Shown: positions 26,290 to 38,423, counted from the first letter of the stretch. The stretch: DNA of 64,000 nt from Eukaryota sp. TZLM1-RC (GCA_040285825.1 JAUPSS010000002.1:1674001-1738000); one strand, 5' to 3'. Numbers and translations are program-made. The notes: generated from the sequence alone by a model not told the origin.

Positions 26290-26930
26290 TTATTCATCTT
26301 GCACACTTAATTAAATTGACTCACAACCAGTAGGACTAAATTCATTGAAACAAGATTTCCTCTACAAAATCTTGATCTGCTTGCTGTTTAGCTAAAGCTT
26401 CTCTTATTCGATTGAAAAACCGAGGCAATCTATTATTATTGGCAAACTGAATCCGAGAGCGTCACAAAAAAATATCAATTTTTTTCATTTTTCTTGAACC
26501 ATTTTTTGGAAATCATTCAAAAAAGTTCCTGCTTCTACTGATAGTCTTCCGTTTATCGAAAATGGGAAAGCAATACAAACAAGTGGTCTTTTTGTAACAG
26601 CATAGCTTCTTCGATGTCTTTATCATAATTTCTATGTTTTTTTGGTTCAAAGAAGAAAACTTAATCCTGTAAGTGCTCTTGAATTTAACGCTAAAGTGTC
26701 ATTCGCAACATTACAGGAGACAAAGTCAACATCAGCTTCAGAATTATCAATCCAATCACAGTATACATCACCTCTATCATCAGAACCGGAATTAGTCAAT
26801 GACAGTGTTTCCTTCAGCAGAGGTTCTTTGATAAACGAAATTCTTGCTGTTCGAGTCATATTAAAAACAGTGTCTCTAACAGTCTCATGTAATGAAGAAC
26901 GATAAGTTATCAATTTCGAACAATTCATGA
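26290..26930 (-). mobile_element. Family A 3' fragment with internal micro-inversion
   Basis: RLE motifs on minus; 26641-26696 is in the opposite orientation. Confidence 0.85.
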
Positions 26931-27179
26931 CATCATCAAAATGCAAATTAGAATTTAATAAAATACAAAATATTTAGATATTTTGCTTTATTTAGAAGCT
27001 TTCCCAAATACTTGTCTCAGATATTCAAAAAGTTATATAGAAGTGTAAGGGTAGATGTGGAGAATTTTTCTTCTTATAAGTTCTAGCTCTTAGCTGTATG
27101 TTGTCACCCTATAATAATAAATAAATAAACTCAAAATATTTAGATGATATTTAATTTAATGAATGGATAATTTCAATCA

Positions 27180-28889
27180 ATGTTTTTTGACTCCCTCAAA
27201 GAGCTCCCTATTCAGACAACTGTACAATGCTTAGATGCTCTATCAACCTTGGCACCTCCCCCGAGATTACTATCACATCCTTCTTTTTATTTAGATAAAC
27301 TTCATGCCCTTTCTCTTGATAATATAACATCTCAATTGGAACAATTGCCAAGCTCTAGGGGAGTTGTTCCTCCTTCAGTTCTCTCAGATTCTCTTGAAAG
27401 CATCTCTTCTGTTCTTAACTCGCTTTCCTGTAGTGATGTCCACAACCAACTCAACTCTATTCAATCAGAACTCTCTACCACACAACAGCAATTACTTCAG
27501 GCCAAACAACTCCAACAACAATTAACTTTTAATCATTCTAGCTATGTTTCCATGACCCTTTCTCTGTCAAATCTTTCCTCTTTCCTTGCTGGTCTTGATG
27601 AACTGACCTCAACCATCCAAAGAGCAGAGAAGCTCTCCAAGGATGGACTGGTGTTGGCCAGAACTGTTGTTGCTGATCTTAACCAAAATCTGGTTTCTCT
27701 GTTATCCAAGTTGAGTGGCTTTGTTTCTGACTGTATCGACACGTCAGCTGACGTCAACACTACCGTTCAAGGACTTGTACCTGCACTTAATCATTTGGCT
27801 GCCAGACCTCTATTACTTGAAAGAGCTTTGTTGAGGTTGCTGAATCAAAGAATAGCTAGTGTCAATGCTGAACTGTCTAATTCAATTGGTTCTTCCCTTT
27901 CGGAAACCCTAACCAAGATTCACCAGGTTTGTGCTGTTGAAGTTGATTATCTCTTCAAATTAATGGATAGTAATTCTGCTGTCGAATATCTCGTTAACTA
28001 TATAACAAGCAACAGCTTAATAACTGATCATTTGAAGATCGTCACTGTAACTTTTGGAAAATCAAAAAGTAGAAGAGGTGAATTGGAACAAGAGTTTTTT
28101 GATTTTGAAAGTTTTGAATCTGAAATCAACTTTATTGAATTAATTAGTCATTTGCAATTCAAATTAGAACAATTACTCGCAAGTCATTTGTCAGAAATAG
28201 CTTCAAACAGTGTTTCTGCTTCATTTAATATTATCAAATCATTTATTAACAAACTCGACAATTCACTGATTAAATTATTAAATGATGAGTTTTTTGTGTT
28301 AAAGTATGTTAAAATATTGCAATCTTTGAGCAGATTGTATAATTTAGATCATTTCGATATGAAATTTGATTGTCTTGATTTAATTCAATCATTTTCTCAG
28401 AATTTGATTGACCAAGGTTGTTCAATAGCACAAGAAAACTTCAATTTTTGTTTTAATTTTCTCTCCAACTATTCTACAATACTGAAAGAACTCGCCATCT
28501 CGGTTAATTGCCCATTAATTGAAAAAATTCATTCTTGCTTTATTAGTAATTTCGATTTAATTATTTCTAATGCAACCAATCATTCTTGTTATTATGCATT
28601 TAATGTTTTAGAAATTGCACAATTCATCCAACATTTAGACTCTAAAGAATTTTCTCCATGTGAGGAACTGTTTGTAACTAAAATGACCAAAGCTTTTCAT
28701 TTCATTAAAACAAACTTTTCGATTCCTCTACCTGAACAACTAGAGAATGGTCAATTTTCTAGTTTTAATGTAGTCAGATCTAGAGCTTATGAAAAATTCT
28801 GCAAAATATGGAATAACCTGATTCAAAAAGGACATAATCTGTTGAAAAATTATGAAATCACTAGCGTTGAAAAGCATCTCCAACTTTAA
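27180..28889 (+). CDS. Divergent COG6-like Golgi tethering subunit
   Basis: Helical 569 aa protein; ALNHLAARPLLL and IHQVCAVEVDYL resemble COG6 conserved blocks. Confidence 0.5.
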   Translation: MFFDSLKELPIQTTVQCLDALSTLAPPPRLLSHPSFYLDKLHALSLDNITSQLEQLPSSRGVVPPSVLSDSLESISSVLNSLSCSDVHNQLNSIQSELSTTQQQLLQAKQLQQQLTFNHSSYVSMTLSLSNLSSFLAGLDELTSTIQRAEKLSKDGLVLARTVVADLNQNLVSLLSKLSGFVSDCIDTSADVNTTVQGLVPALNHLAARPLLLERALLRLLNQRIASVNAELSNSIGSSLSETLTKIHQVCAVEVDYLFKLMDSNSAVEYLVNYITSNSLITDHLKIVTVTFGKSKSRRGELEQEFFDFESFESEINFIELISHLQFKLEQLLASHLSEIASNSVSASFNIIKSFINKLDNSLIKLLNDEFFVLKYVKILQSLSRLYNLDHFDMKFDCLDLIQSFSQNLIDQGCSIAQENFNFCFNFLSNYSTILKELAISVNCPLIEKIHSCFISNFDLIISNATNHSCYYAFNVLEIAQFIQHLDSKEFSPCEELFVTKMTKAFHFIKTNFSIPLPEQLENGQFSSFNVVRSRAYEKFCKIWNNLIQKGHNLLKNYEITSVEKHLQL

Positions 28890-28907
28890 ATAAAAAATTA
28901 TTCAATT

Positions 28908-31190
28908 TTATATTCTCTTTCCCAAAACATTTTCCAAGATTTTCTTAATCCTAAAGAATTTTCTACTTATTTTACCTTGAACTTTAAAAGCTTTTCCATC
29001 TGTGGTGGACGTTGTTTTGATAATCTCCACATCTCCAACCATGCACTTACCATGAATGACTTTGCACTTAATGCCTTCAGTCTTCAACTTCTTTGCGATA
29101 CGAACTATGTCAGTTCTTGAATTAGGATCTACAGAATTCTCAATGAATATTGACCTTCTTAAAGGGGGTGGGGGAGCAGGAAGCACTTCAACCAACCCAC
29201 TGGCTTTATCAATGGTGAAATTGGGTACGATTGCCCCAAAAGAACATGGAGCCTCTATTGAAGAGAAGATTGGTTCAGATTGAGGGATAATGACTGGGAC
29301 AGAGGGATGTGAAAGGGGAACAATAACATCATCTGCATCATTGAGAGGAACAATAACGTCAGCTATGACGTCAGCGATCTTATTTTTGAGCTCTTGACGT
29401 TTGACTTTAGAAGACCAGGCCAATGAAAGACTACGTGGATCCTTGGAATTGATGAACTTCACAAAAGCTCTTAAATCCATTCCAGAAGAGAAATCAATCA
29501 TTTTCAATTGGCAATTGATTACAGTTGATGTGACCTTTTTAACTGGAATCAATGGAGGGCTTTCGAGTTCTTCATTGATCCGTGGGTTAGATGTTACATG
29601 TTCACTTTCGGAAACTTCCTTATTTTGATAGTCAATCAATTGATTGAGGTCAATTAAGACACCAAAATCATCAAAATCATGGCTCATTGGTAAATGTTCT
29701 TTAAACCTTAGATTATTTCCAAAATAATCTATTTGCTTGGTATTAAAAATAGGTCCAGGTAATTCAAATGAAGTTTCTTGTTCTTCCATTTCCATTTGTT
29801 CTTGTCTTATTTCCTCAGCAATTTCTTCCAATTTCTGAGCCTTCCATTTGTTGTAAGCCTCCCCACTGATAGGTTCCAAGATCCAAAGTTCTAGAGAGAA
29901 GGAAGGGAAAATTTCGTGTGGATTGTTCAACTTTTGGGTAAATTTTTGAGCTAAAGAAAGCTGATCCCAATTAACAGTACCGACTTGGTCTTCTCCTGTC
30001 TCTGAAATTTTGGGATCAGTAAAGATAATTAAATTTTTAGAATTTCGACACCAATCAGCAATCAAACCCAGTCCAGAACAGCAATCAAATCCATCAGAAA
30101 CTGAATTGATTACAATCATTGGTCCAGAAACGTCATCGATATCATTAACAGAGTGAATAGCTACAAGATAATCAAAGTCAAAAGGATTACGATGGTCAAC
30201 TTCCATCAAATCTTGAAGTTGAGGGTTAGAATCAACTAACATGGTTTTAGCAAATTCTACAACATGGTGGGATACAGGAGATAGGAGATAAAGACAAAGA
30301 GGTCTCTTTGCTGCCTTTTCAATAGCTTTCCATTGAGAATTAAGCAAAGAAATGACTTCAAAAACTTTGCCAGAAATGTCACTATTGAGTATAACTTTAC
30401 CTTCATCAGCAACTACAGAGGTGATCGATTCAATCAGAGTTGTGTCACGTTTCTTTTTCGATTGTAGAGGATTAATACTGACATCACCAGAGGCCATAAT
30501 TAAAGAAGGGGTAGGGCAAACAGGATCGTCAGGAGTGAGGGTTTTTTCTGATCTATAGGTCCAAAGAGGAGCGTATAACATTGAACCCGTGGTTGTTGGA
30601 GGAGAAAGAGACTTGAGCAGATGATTTCGATCCCTAGGACAGGTGATTGTGTATCCATCAAGGGATATACTCCAAATCGCAGAACCAAGAGACATTCCTG
30701 ACCTGAAGGGGGTAAAGGTGAGTGTTTTGGACTTGTGGGTCAATGATGATGGTTCTCCAAAGACGAGAGATGAAACTCTATCCAGAGAAAGAATCTCATC
30801 GATAGCATCAAGAGAGTAGGGTGCAGATGCATTGTAGGTGTGGAGAGAGATCTGGAGTGCGTATAAGTTTAATACAGCCATCTTTGCAGCTGCTTGGGTG
30901 ATGAACACACCTCCAGAAAATCCCTGTTGATGTAACAAAGGAAGTGCCCCACAATGAAGGTAGTCAGGATTTGATATAACTACTGCATCTATTTTAGTAG
31001 CGTACGTGTTAACAGCAGCACGAATGAGTGCATCTAGATCAGAACTCCAACCACAGTCTAGGAGGACTGAATACTCTGCAATTGTGAGTAGTGAACATTT
31101 AGGACCACCATCAATTCCATAAAGGAATTTTACTGTTGTAGCTGTGGACTCTATCATTTCAGAAGGACTATAAGCTGTGGGAGGTTGCAT
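28908..31190 (-). CDS. CPSF2: Cleavage and polyadenylation specificity factor 100 kDa subunit
   Basis: LLDCGW, IDAVVISNPDYLHCGALP (degenerate MBL), beta-CASP region, IDFSSGMD. Confidence 0.88.
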   Translation of the reverse strand: MQPPTAYSPSEMIESTATTVKFLYGIDGGPKCSLLTIAEYSVLLDCGWSSDLDALIRAAVNTYATKIDAVVISNPDYLHCGALPLLHQQGFSGGVFITQAAAKMAVLNLYALQISLHTYNASAPYSLDAIDEILSLDRVSSLVFGEPSSLTHKSKTLTFTPFRSGMSLGSAIWSISLDGYTITCPRDRNHLLKSLSPPTTTGSMLYAPLWTYRSEKTLTPDDPVCPTPSLIMASGDVSINPLQSKKKRDTTLIESITSVVADEGKVILNSDISGKVFEVISLLNSQWKAIEKAAKRPLCLYLLSPVSHHVVEFAKTMLVDSNPQLQDLMEVDHRNPFDFDYLVAIHSVNDIDDVSGPMIVINSVSDGFDCCSGLGLIADWCRNSKNLIIFTDPKISETGEDQVGTVNWDQLSLAQKFTQKLNNPHEIFPSFSLELWILEPISGEAYNKWKAQKLEEIAEEIRQEQMEMEEQETSFELPGPIFNTKQIDYFGNNLRFKEHLPMSHDFDDFGVLIDLNQLIDYQNKEVSESEHVTSNPRINEELESPPLIPVKKVTSTVINCQLKMIDFSSGMDLRAFVKFINSKDPRSLSLAWSSKVKRQELKNKIADVIADVIVPLNDADDVIVPLSHPSVPVIIPQSEPIFSSIEAPCSFGAIVPNFTIDKASGLVEVLPAPPPPLRRSIFIENSVDPNSRTDIVRIAKKLKTEGIKCKVIHGKCMVGDVEIIKTTSTTDGKAFKVQGKISRKFFRIKKILENVLGKRI

Positions 31191-31250
31191 TTAACAAATA
31201 TCCAATAATTGGAGAATTGTGAATCAAAGAGTGCCTGTATCAATATGTAT

Positions 31251-32567
31251 TTACTTTCGAGTAATCATCATCAAACCTGAGCTAGCTTCCTCTCCGCTAA
31301 CCTCTCTTCCCAGAGTCTCTGACATCTCTAAGTGCTTCATTAGATCTCGATTCTCATTCTTCAGTTCAATAATGGTGTTTTTGAAATCCCTGATTTGAGA
31401 ATTATGGGACGCCACGCTCTGTTGTTGACGCTGAACTAGAGATCTATTCAGCTTCTCCATTGCTGAAGACTTTCTCTTCTGTGAATCAAGCTCCTTCTCA
31501 AGCTCTTTATTCCGTTGTCTTAGTTTTTTAGTCTTTAAGGCCTGCTGTTCGACTTCTTCATCAAGCTGCTTTAACTTTTCTTCCATCTCCAACCGTTGCT
31601 GTCTCTCTTCATCCAACCGACTAGACAGAACCACTAGTTCGTTCTCATAAAACTCTCTCTGTGTTGTTAGTTGTGTATGTAAAAGCTCTGAATACTCTAC
31701 AATAACCCTCTCCATTTTAGATTCCGAGTCCTTTGGAGGATCCACAGATACTAACTTTCCCTCCAAGTCAGCCACCAATCGATGAACAAAATGATCATCA
31801 AGATAGCTCCACACCCTCTGTGTTGTGAGTTCGAGACTGAATGCGTGGCCTGTTTCTTTGAAGTGTGTCAAAGCACAAGCTGATGAGTTACGCCCACAGT
31901 TAACCTGACCACATATAAGACATGACCAAAGATCAGAAGTAAGTTGGCATCCATTACAACAGGTTTGATTAGACTCGCAACTAACCATACAATGCCGGCA
32001 AACTGGGCAGATTGAGTCACCCCATTGAGTTAGACATTCCACGTGATAGCTGTGTTCACATACTACTTGAATTAGAGATGAAATTGAAGAGTCAAGTCGT
32101 TCTAAGCAGAAACAACAAACTGGAAGTTCAACCAATTCCTCACTCAGTGTATCTTCCTTGTTTGAAGTTTCCCCAAACTCAACACTCGCCACTAGAAAGG
32201 TTCTTACTGGTTGTATATCTGTTAGTGTAGGAAAGGATGTTCCATGATTAGTCTCAACAAACTTGGTTGCATCTTGTGTTGTAATAAAACTTAGTAATGC
32301 TATATATCTATCATGTGATTCACTGTTAAGGATTCGTACATGTTTGATAACATCAATAAAGGGTGATAAAAAGGCACAGAGATCAATCACAGACAAAGAG
32401 GAAGGTATACCTATGATACATGCAATTTGTGAAGAGTGTGGGCGCTGATTGACAATGCGTTCTGTGAAAAGTCTAACTCTACCTTGAGCTAAGCGTACAT
32501 TGGGGTTGCCACTAAATACTGAGACTTCCGAAGGATCTTCCCGTATTTTGAGGTGAAAGGAAGACAT
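31251..32567 (-). CDS. BRAP: BRCA1-associated protein (BRAP2/IMP/Etp1) E3 ligase
   Basis: BRAP2 domain, ELPVCCFCLERLD RING-H2, UBP zinc finger (LWSCLICG..HFKETGH..QRVWSY), coiled coil. Confidence 0.92.
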   Translation of the reverse strand: MSSFHLKIREDPSEVSVFSGNPNVRLAQGRVRLFTERIVNQRPHSSQIACIIGIPSSLSVIDLCAFLSPFIDVIKHVRILNSESHDRYIALLSFITTQDATKFVETNHGTSFPTLTDIQPVRTFLVASVEFGETSNKEDTLSEELVELPVCCFCLERLDSSISSLIQVVCEHSYHVECLTQWGDSICPVCRHCMVSCESNQTCCNGCQLTSDLWSCLICGQVNCGRNSSACALTHFKETGHAFSLELTTQRVWSYLDDHFVHRLVADLEGKLVSVDPPKDSESKMERVIVEYSELLHTQLTTQREFYENELVVLSSRLDEERQQRLEMEEKLKQLDEEVEQQALKTKKLRQRNKELEKELDSQKRKSSAMEKLNRSLVQRQQQSVASHNSQIRDFKNTIIELKNENRDLMKHLEMSETLGREVSGEEASSGLMMITRK

Positions 32568-32637
32568 CGGCTAGCAGCACAAAAATGTCGAATAGCAGTA
32601 ACCCGTTGAGATTACTGAAATGTGTAGATGAAATGAA
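32568..32637 (-). ncRNA. Candidate Fanzor omega-RNA scaffold / element right end
   Basis: Directly after the Fanzor stop; hairpin CAGUAAUCU-caac-GGGUUACUG; homologous to 41694-41735. Confidence 0.55.
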
Positions 32638-33621
32638 TCAAGCTGATCTTTTCAAAACTTGACGTCTTTCTTTTCCTTTGCTATACTCATCCACAACATG
32701 AATCATATTAAGAACAGCATTGACATTACGATTCCATAGACATCCACACTTCTTGCAAGTGAGTAATCCATGTCTTAGGACCGTTGGAGTCTTTCCTCTC
32801 CTGTAAGGTCTTGGATTAGGTACTCAATGCTTCTTTACATTTTCACCTTCTTTTTTCTCGAGTACACATGCATGACATCGACAACTTGTTCTATATTCAT
32901 CCATAGCAATAGACGGAAGTTACGTTTTTTAAACGTCTTTTGATAACCAACATTTTTTGAAGGTGCGATGTTTAAAATTGGTTTGCTTCCAATTGCCCAT
33001 CACTACAATGTTATGTTCAGGACCTCCAAACTTATTTTCAAATTCATTCATCCATTTTGCTTCACACCTCTCTGTGGCCATGAATCTTTGCAGTTTCATG
33101 ACTCTCAATTCTTTATTAAAGTAAAAAGCTACAACATGGAGAGGAAAGTTGTTTTTTGCCTTGCAGTAGTTTAGGAATTTTTCATGTTCTAGAGTTTTTT
33201 TTGAAAATTGTTTTACTTCTTCTTCCCACTCCTTTACAGTTTTGTTTTGAATAATCCATGATTCTTTAGCATCCTTATAGAATTTTTGATGGTCTTTGTT
33301 CAGAGTTTATCTTCTTCGTTGAGGAGCAGTCAGCCTCTTGAAAGTATATTCCTTTAATTTTGTTTTCTTGTTTTCATTTGGAGGAGGATGATTTTGTTTT
33401 TGTCTGAAGTTTAAAATCTTTTGTTTTGTCTTTTTGTTTCTTTTCATTCTGTTAATAAAACCACTCATTTCTTCCTTTGTTTTCTTCATGACACCATTCG
33501 TCCCTTCAAATCTTGAATCTGTTGGGGTTGAGTGTAGTTCAGTTAACATGTTGGTATTTGGGCAATTTAATTTTCGTTTCCCAGCCATCAATTGGTCCCT
33601 AATGCCAGAATATTCTGAATA
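32568..33621 (-). mobile_element. 5'-truncated Fanzor (Fz-b) pseudogene plus non-coding 3' end
   Basis: Minus-strand translation across frameshifts: YSGIRDQL (degenerate RuvC-I), VVMGNW, MDEYRTSCRCHAC, HGLLTCKKCGCLWNRNVNAVLN; stop at 32638-32640. Confidence 0.85.
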
Positions 33622-33644
33622 ATTTTGAGGTGAAAGGAAGACAT
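33622..33644 (-). repeat. Exact 23-bp direct repeat of the BRAP start (32545-32567)
   Basis: attttgaggtgaaaggaagacat occurs at both positions. Confidence 0.97.
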
Positions 33645-34119
33645 TGGTAATTTTTCATTTATTTAACTTCCAATTTCACTCTTTTTAGCAAGTACTTTTT
33701 AATTATCACGTAAGTCCCTTTGAAATAAAGATAAGATTTCAAGATAAACGGTTTATCGCTAGACTCTTAACTTTTGATGGAAACCTCCCTTTCCTTTTAA
33801 AACCAGATTCTTTGCTCAAATCACCAATTACAATCATGTAATCACCAGGTTTGCAAAACTTTTGGTTAATTTTACGAATTTCCTTCATCTAAATTGGGAG
33901 ATTTCTTCCTCACATGTGAATCATACAATTTATTCAATATTTATTGTATATTTTGGTTAGATCTATTTTGTGCTTATTAGTATTACTGAATCGAATTCAT
34001 GTAGAACAACATGACCCCCTAGAGTTCCCTGGTAGTCCAGTAGTTGAAGTAACATCAATAGATTCATTGCGTTTTATTTCCTGGGATAAAGTTTTGGCAG
34101 AATGTAAAAAACAAGGATC

Positions 34120-35572
34120 CTAGTTTTATTGCTGAATGTGACATTGAGAAACACATCAAATTTTTTATTTTAAAAATTTGTTATTCTGGAAAATTCACTC
34201 ATATTTTAAGGTCAACTCCCCCTTCGGTATCTCTCAATTTTTGCAGATCTTTTAACAAACTTCGAGTCAAATTTTTTTCTTCTTTATTAGAAGTAAATGA
34301 ATCTTTAATTCGAAGTCATGTATTTTGTTCAGCAGATTTGGGTGGAATTGGATTCACCAAATCTTCGATTCTGTGTAAAGCAGCATTTTTGGGAGGTGGT
34401 AAAAATTTTGTATTTGAATTTTTCCAAAGGTTCCCTTTTGATGTTCATCTGATCAATGGTGAATCAAATTTTTACTTGAATCAACTGCAATTTGAATTAG
34501 AAAATTTGCCTAGTGATATCTGGATTCAGTGTTTTCCTCAAAATGTTCAAGAAATTCCCACTCGATCACTTCCAAATTTACGTTTTTGCTTGAAAAAGCT
34601 TCAGCACCATCTGGTTAAATTATATGAAGGCTTGGATTATGAAGTAAGACTTGGCTTGGCCAAAACTAAAAATCCCGCTTTCGGTAATTTTTTAAAGGAT
34701 ATTCGTGATAGTTCAGCTGCTGCTTTAGTAACTCAAGTTCCCTCTGTTTATGGACTTTTGTTAAAAAGACAATGAATGGCTTCTAAACATGCGTTTTCGT
34801 TGTTTTCTGTGGCCAAACAATTTGCCCAATCATTTAACTTGTAAATGTGGTAAACCTCTTTTGTTTACTCATCTTTTGAACTGTAAACATTTCATTACGT
34901 TTAGAAGCAAAGTGCATAATAACGTCAGGGACCAAATTTATGTAATGTGCAAATCATATCGTGTAGATTCCTTTTTAGAACCGCTGTTATCAAAATTAAT
35001 TCTTGATGATCCCAATATTGATAGTACGCGTTACAACAGAGCTTCTATGGGTCTGACTAGAGGTGATCTAGTTGTTCCTGGTTTAAATGGTAGTTTTACT
35101 ATTTTGGACGCCATGTCTATTGACCCTTGTAATTCCTCTAACGAACATTTCATTAACTCGGATGTAAATAATCCTCTTCTTGCAGGCGAAAAATATAAAA
35201 TTGCTAAATATGCGAAACCCATTTCCTCGGTTAATGAAAATTCTCATGCCCAATATAATTTATGTCCATTTGTTTTTTCTTTGCTTGGATCTCTAGGTAA
35301 GGCTGCTATGGCTTTCCTTGAGGATTTTGTTGTAGTTGTAAAGGAAAGAACTGGAAGAATTTTCAATCGTGTTTACTGGCAAAACAGGATTGTATTTTCT
35401 ATTTTTAAGGGAATGGTAACACTAATTTCTGATTCACTATCTTCTTTTGGGAAATTTTCTGAATCTTTAGCGATTAATTGTTTTGATGTAGGGGAGGAAG
35501 GTTTTGAGGATGTGGAGTTTTAATTGTGTATTTCATATTTGTTGTTGAATAAAAATAAATACTGAAAAAAAA
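34120..35572 (+). mobile_element. Family D 5'-truncated copy with TSD
   Basis: ORFs 34338-35523 ending GFEDVEF, then AATAAA and an A-run; agaatgtaaaaaa at 34099-34111 and 35573-35585. Confidence 0.9.
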
Positions 35573-35593
35573 AGAATGTAAAAAATGATCTAT

Positions 35594-35893
35594 TTATTGT
35601 AACAAATGTGCTTTTGCTCTTGGAAATAGACGTTCATCGGTCTCATCAATTGCCTCATCAAGTATATCTTCAATTGGAACATGCTTCTTACCAATCTTGA
35701 AGAAGAGCTGTCCTGTCTCTGGGTGCTTGCTGAGTTTTCTCTTCTGGGGTTTCGATGGGTTTTCTTTTCCTAATTCAGTTCTGGTGTTCCTGTCAGGAGG
35801 ACGTTCATCTATTACAAATAAGTTCTCCCCCTCTTTAACAATATGATAGCGGTAAGAGTAAACAGGGTCAGGAGGTTGAATACGTTTAGACAT
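35594..35893 (-). CDS. Hypothetical protein (99 aa)
   Basis: Intact ORF with coding-like composition. Confidence 0.55.
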   Translation of the reverse strand: MSKRIQPPDPVYSYRYHIVKEGENLFVIDERPPDRNTRTELGKENPSKPQKRKLSKHPETGQLFFKIGKKHVPIEDILDEAIDETDERLFPRAKAHLLQ

Positions 35894-36789
35894 TGAATCA
35901 AATAATCAAGGCCAAACAGTTATCTGTGTTTTGAAAAGAAGATATCTATTTTGTGGTGATACCCTCATCTAGTAATCTCAGCTAGTTATATTTACATTAT
36001 CATTGCTTTATTTGAGTAGTTGCAGAAATTAATCATAAGTGTACATAAAGTCGCTTGGTCAAAATTCAGTAACATTTTTTTTCAGTCCATTTTCTTTTGA
36101 TTAGTCCTACACTACGCTAAAGTGTGGAAAGTCTTTTACATCAAACCTGAAGACCCTTGTTACATCATGTGTACCTTCCTCAGTATAGTATTTTCATAGT
36201 ATAAGGAAATTTTGGGTGTAAATTGGGCCATTCTTCTTAATTACAACTGTTCGTATCTGGATTTAGTAGTTTTTGAATTGTCACAATTATTAAAAAAAGT
36301 ATGATACTCTGCACATAATTTTTACCTTCTTATACAGATAGTGACTCGTTTATTTGAATTACATCCAGAAAACATTACGAAACGTTGAACCATGATTCAT
36401 TTCTGATTTTGTGTAAATAAAACTCTTTTTTGGAAACAACGTTTCTGTTGGACAGTGAATTTTGAAACCCATGCAAATCGACTATTTCAATCATTGTTCA
36501 AGGAAAGGTATATGTACGAATAATATTCTATTAATCATTCTTAATCGTCACTGTTTGTCTCTAATGTAATGTCTCAAAGAATAATGCTACAAGCTAGTGC
36601 TTTTTGCAACTTTTGTTACAAGAATGATATTATTCTTTTCAATATTACAATACCCAAATTGTGTAGAATCAGAGATGTATTTGTTGCCCTTCTACATTAC
36701 AATTCTCATTATGGCCGGAAGGCAAAGACCCTTTGCCAAAACATCACTATCATTGAAAATTTTTGTTTCTGATTAAAAAGTTTAAACTA

Positions 36790-37800
36790 TTTTAATTTAT
36801 TCCCAAGAGAAACTGAATAACAAACTTCAAATTCCAACTCTTTATATCCCAAAGCAGCCAAAAAGAATTGACTGGAAGTTTTTCCTTCATAAAAACGACC
36901 AAGAGCTAATATAACAGAAGATAATAAGAGGACAACACCTTTAAAAAATGATAATGCAATTCTGTTCTGCCAAAACATTTTGTCACAGATTCTACCTGTA
37001 CGTTTTTACACTTTCAACAAAATCATTCAAGAAAGATAAAGCAAGTGATTCTCGGCGTGCCATGTAGGGAGAGAGCAAATGAACAAAGGACATAATGGGT
37101 ATGTGATTTAGCATTCAAGGAAAGCAACTTTGCTATTTATTGATTTTAGAATTTTCGGCAACAGACAGTAGATTCTTGTATTTTGACTGAGCTAACGGTA
37201 TAAAAGAATTAATACACACATCAGTAATGATAGTCGTCCCTTCAAGCATTAAATCACCTCTATTTCGACCAAAAGAATTCAAAGTATCTTCATCAACCAA
37301 ACGAGAGAGTAATGGTTCTGAATAGGAAACAATTCTGTGTGATTTTGACATACAATAGAGTTGATCTCTTACTGCATCATGGACTTTTGATCGGAATGTA
37401 ATAAAGTGTTTACAATTGAAGAGATGATTTGGAGCAATTTTTGATCCACATTTGCCAATCAATTTATGGAGCGTGTTATTAGGCCAAATAAAACATCGGA
37501 GGCGCATTGTACAAGAAAATTCGGTATCATCTAAAAGAAGACCATAAAATGGAGGAATTTGAGAAATTAACTAAGAGGAACTCTTTTGAGCATCTGACAA
37601 AATTTCCAATGCAGGATTATCTTTTTTGGCCGAGCCAAAACGAACAATAAAATCCAAACCTTCAAAAAATATTGTTAATTTTTGTTGCAATTTTTTAACG
37701 CAATACCTCAAAATTATTAGCGTTCTAGGTGGTATTTCCTGCACATTATCGGGAAGCATTTGATCCAAATGTCAGGGAGGTTATATTAATTTCCAATGTG
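36790..37800 (-). mobile_element. Family E 3' fragment
   Basis: KCG..HLFNC, VHDAV, RNRGDLM; ends YKELEF; similar to 51005-52020. Confidence 0.85.
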
Positions 37801-38423
37801 TTGAAATCTTTGAGTCTATTGATTTAATTCATTGCGTTGCAATTGACATTTTGGCATTGTGAGGGTTATTGTGAGGAATATTGTAGGTGTACTTGAACTC
37901 AAAGCAAATGTGTAACAAAATCTATTTATAATATTGAACACACAAATGTTAATAGAAAATATCAACTCGTCGTTAGTGCTCCACCATTTGTTATAAACAA
38001 CAGACTATAAGTAATGTCTCAGTAGAACTTAGTTAACTGTGAAAATGATTTCCCAACAACGGGTTCAGAAAAGCAATGAAGAAAAATATTCAATTATAGG
38101 TATTTATGAATTGGGATTTCACATTTCAATTTCTTCAATAAATCACCATTTCCTTATTCGAATCAATGAGGAAGCAAGAAGACCTGCATCCTGTACAGAC
38201 CTCTTTACAGACCAGATCTGTTTAGAAAGGATTAGACTTTGTGGATGAATGAGGACGGTAAATAAAAAACATAAGGGGACAAAGCTGTATCAAGAATGAT
38301 ACCAAAATCTGTTTGTAAAGTAGATGTAAAATTAACAATTTGAATGTACAAGACACAACCAATCGTTTATTGTTATAAATGACCTATTTCCTAACCAATC
38401 CAATCATCAACAGAACCAAAACA

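Noticed and set aside
25430-26290. ORFs 25619-26310 as genes
   Set aside because: Non-ATG starts, frameshifted and running into a retroelement end; probably decayed mobile DNA, unassignable.
32545-33644. Fanzor insert removed as a spliceosomal intron to restore BRAP
   Set aside because: The only GT in the repeat would need an intron ending in AT rather than AG, and no branch/acceptor motif is present.
35961-36000. Further copy of the Fz-b end motif (agtaatctcagctagtta)
   Set aside because: Match too short, and the hairpin is not preserved.
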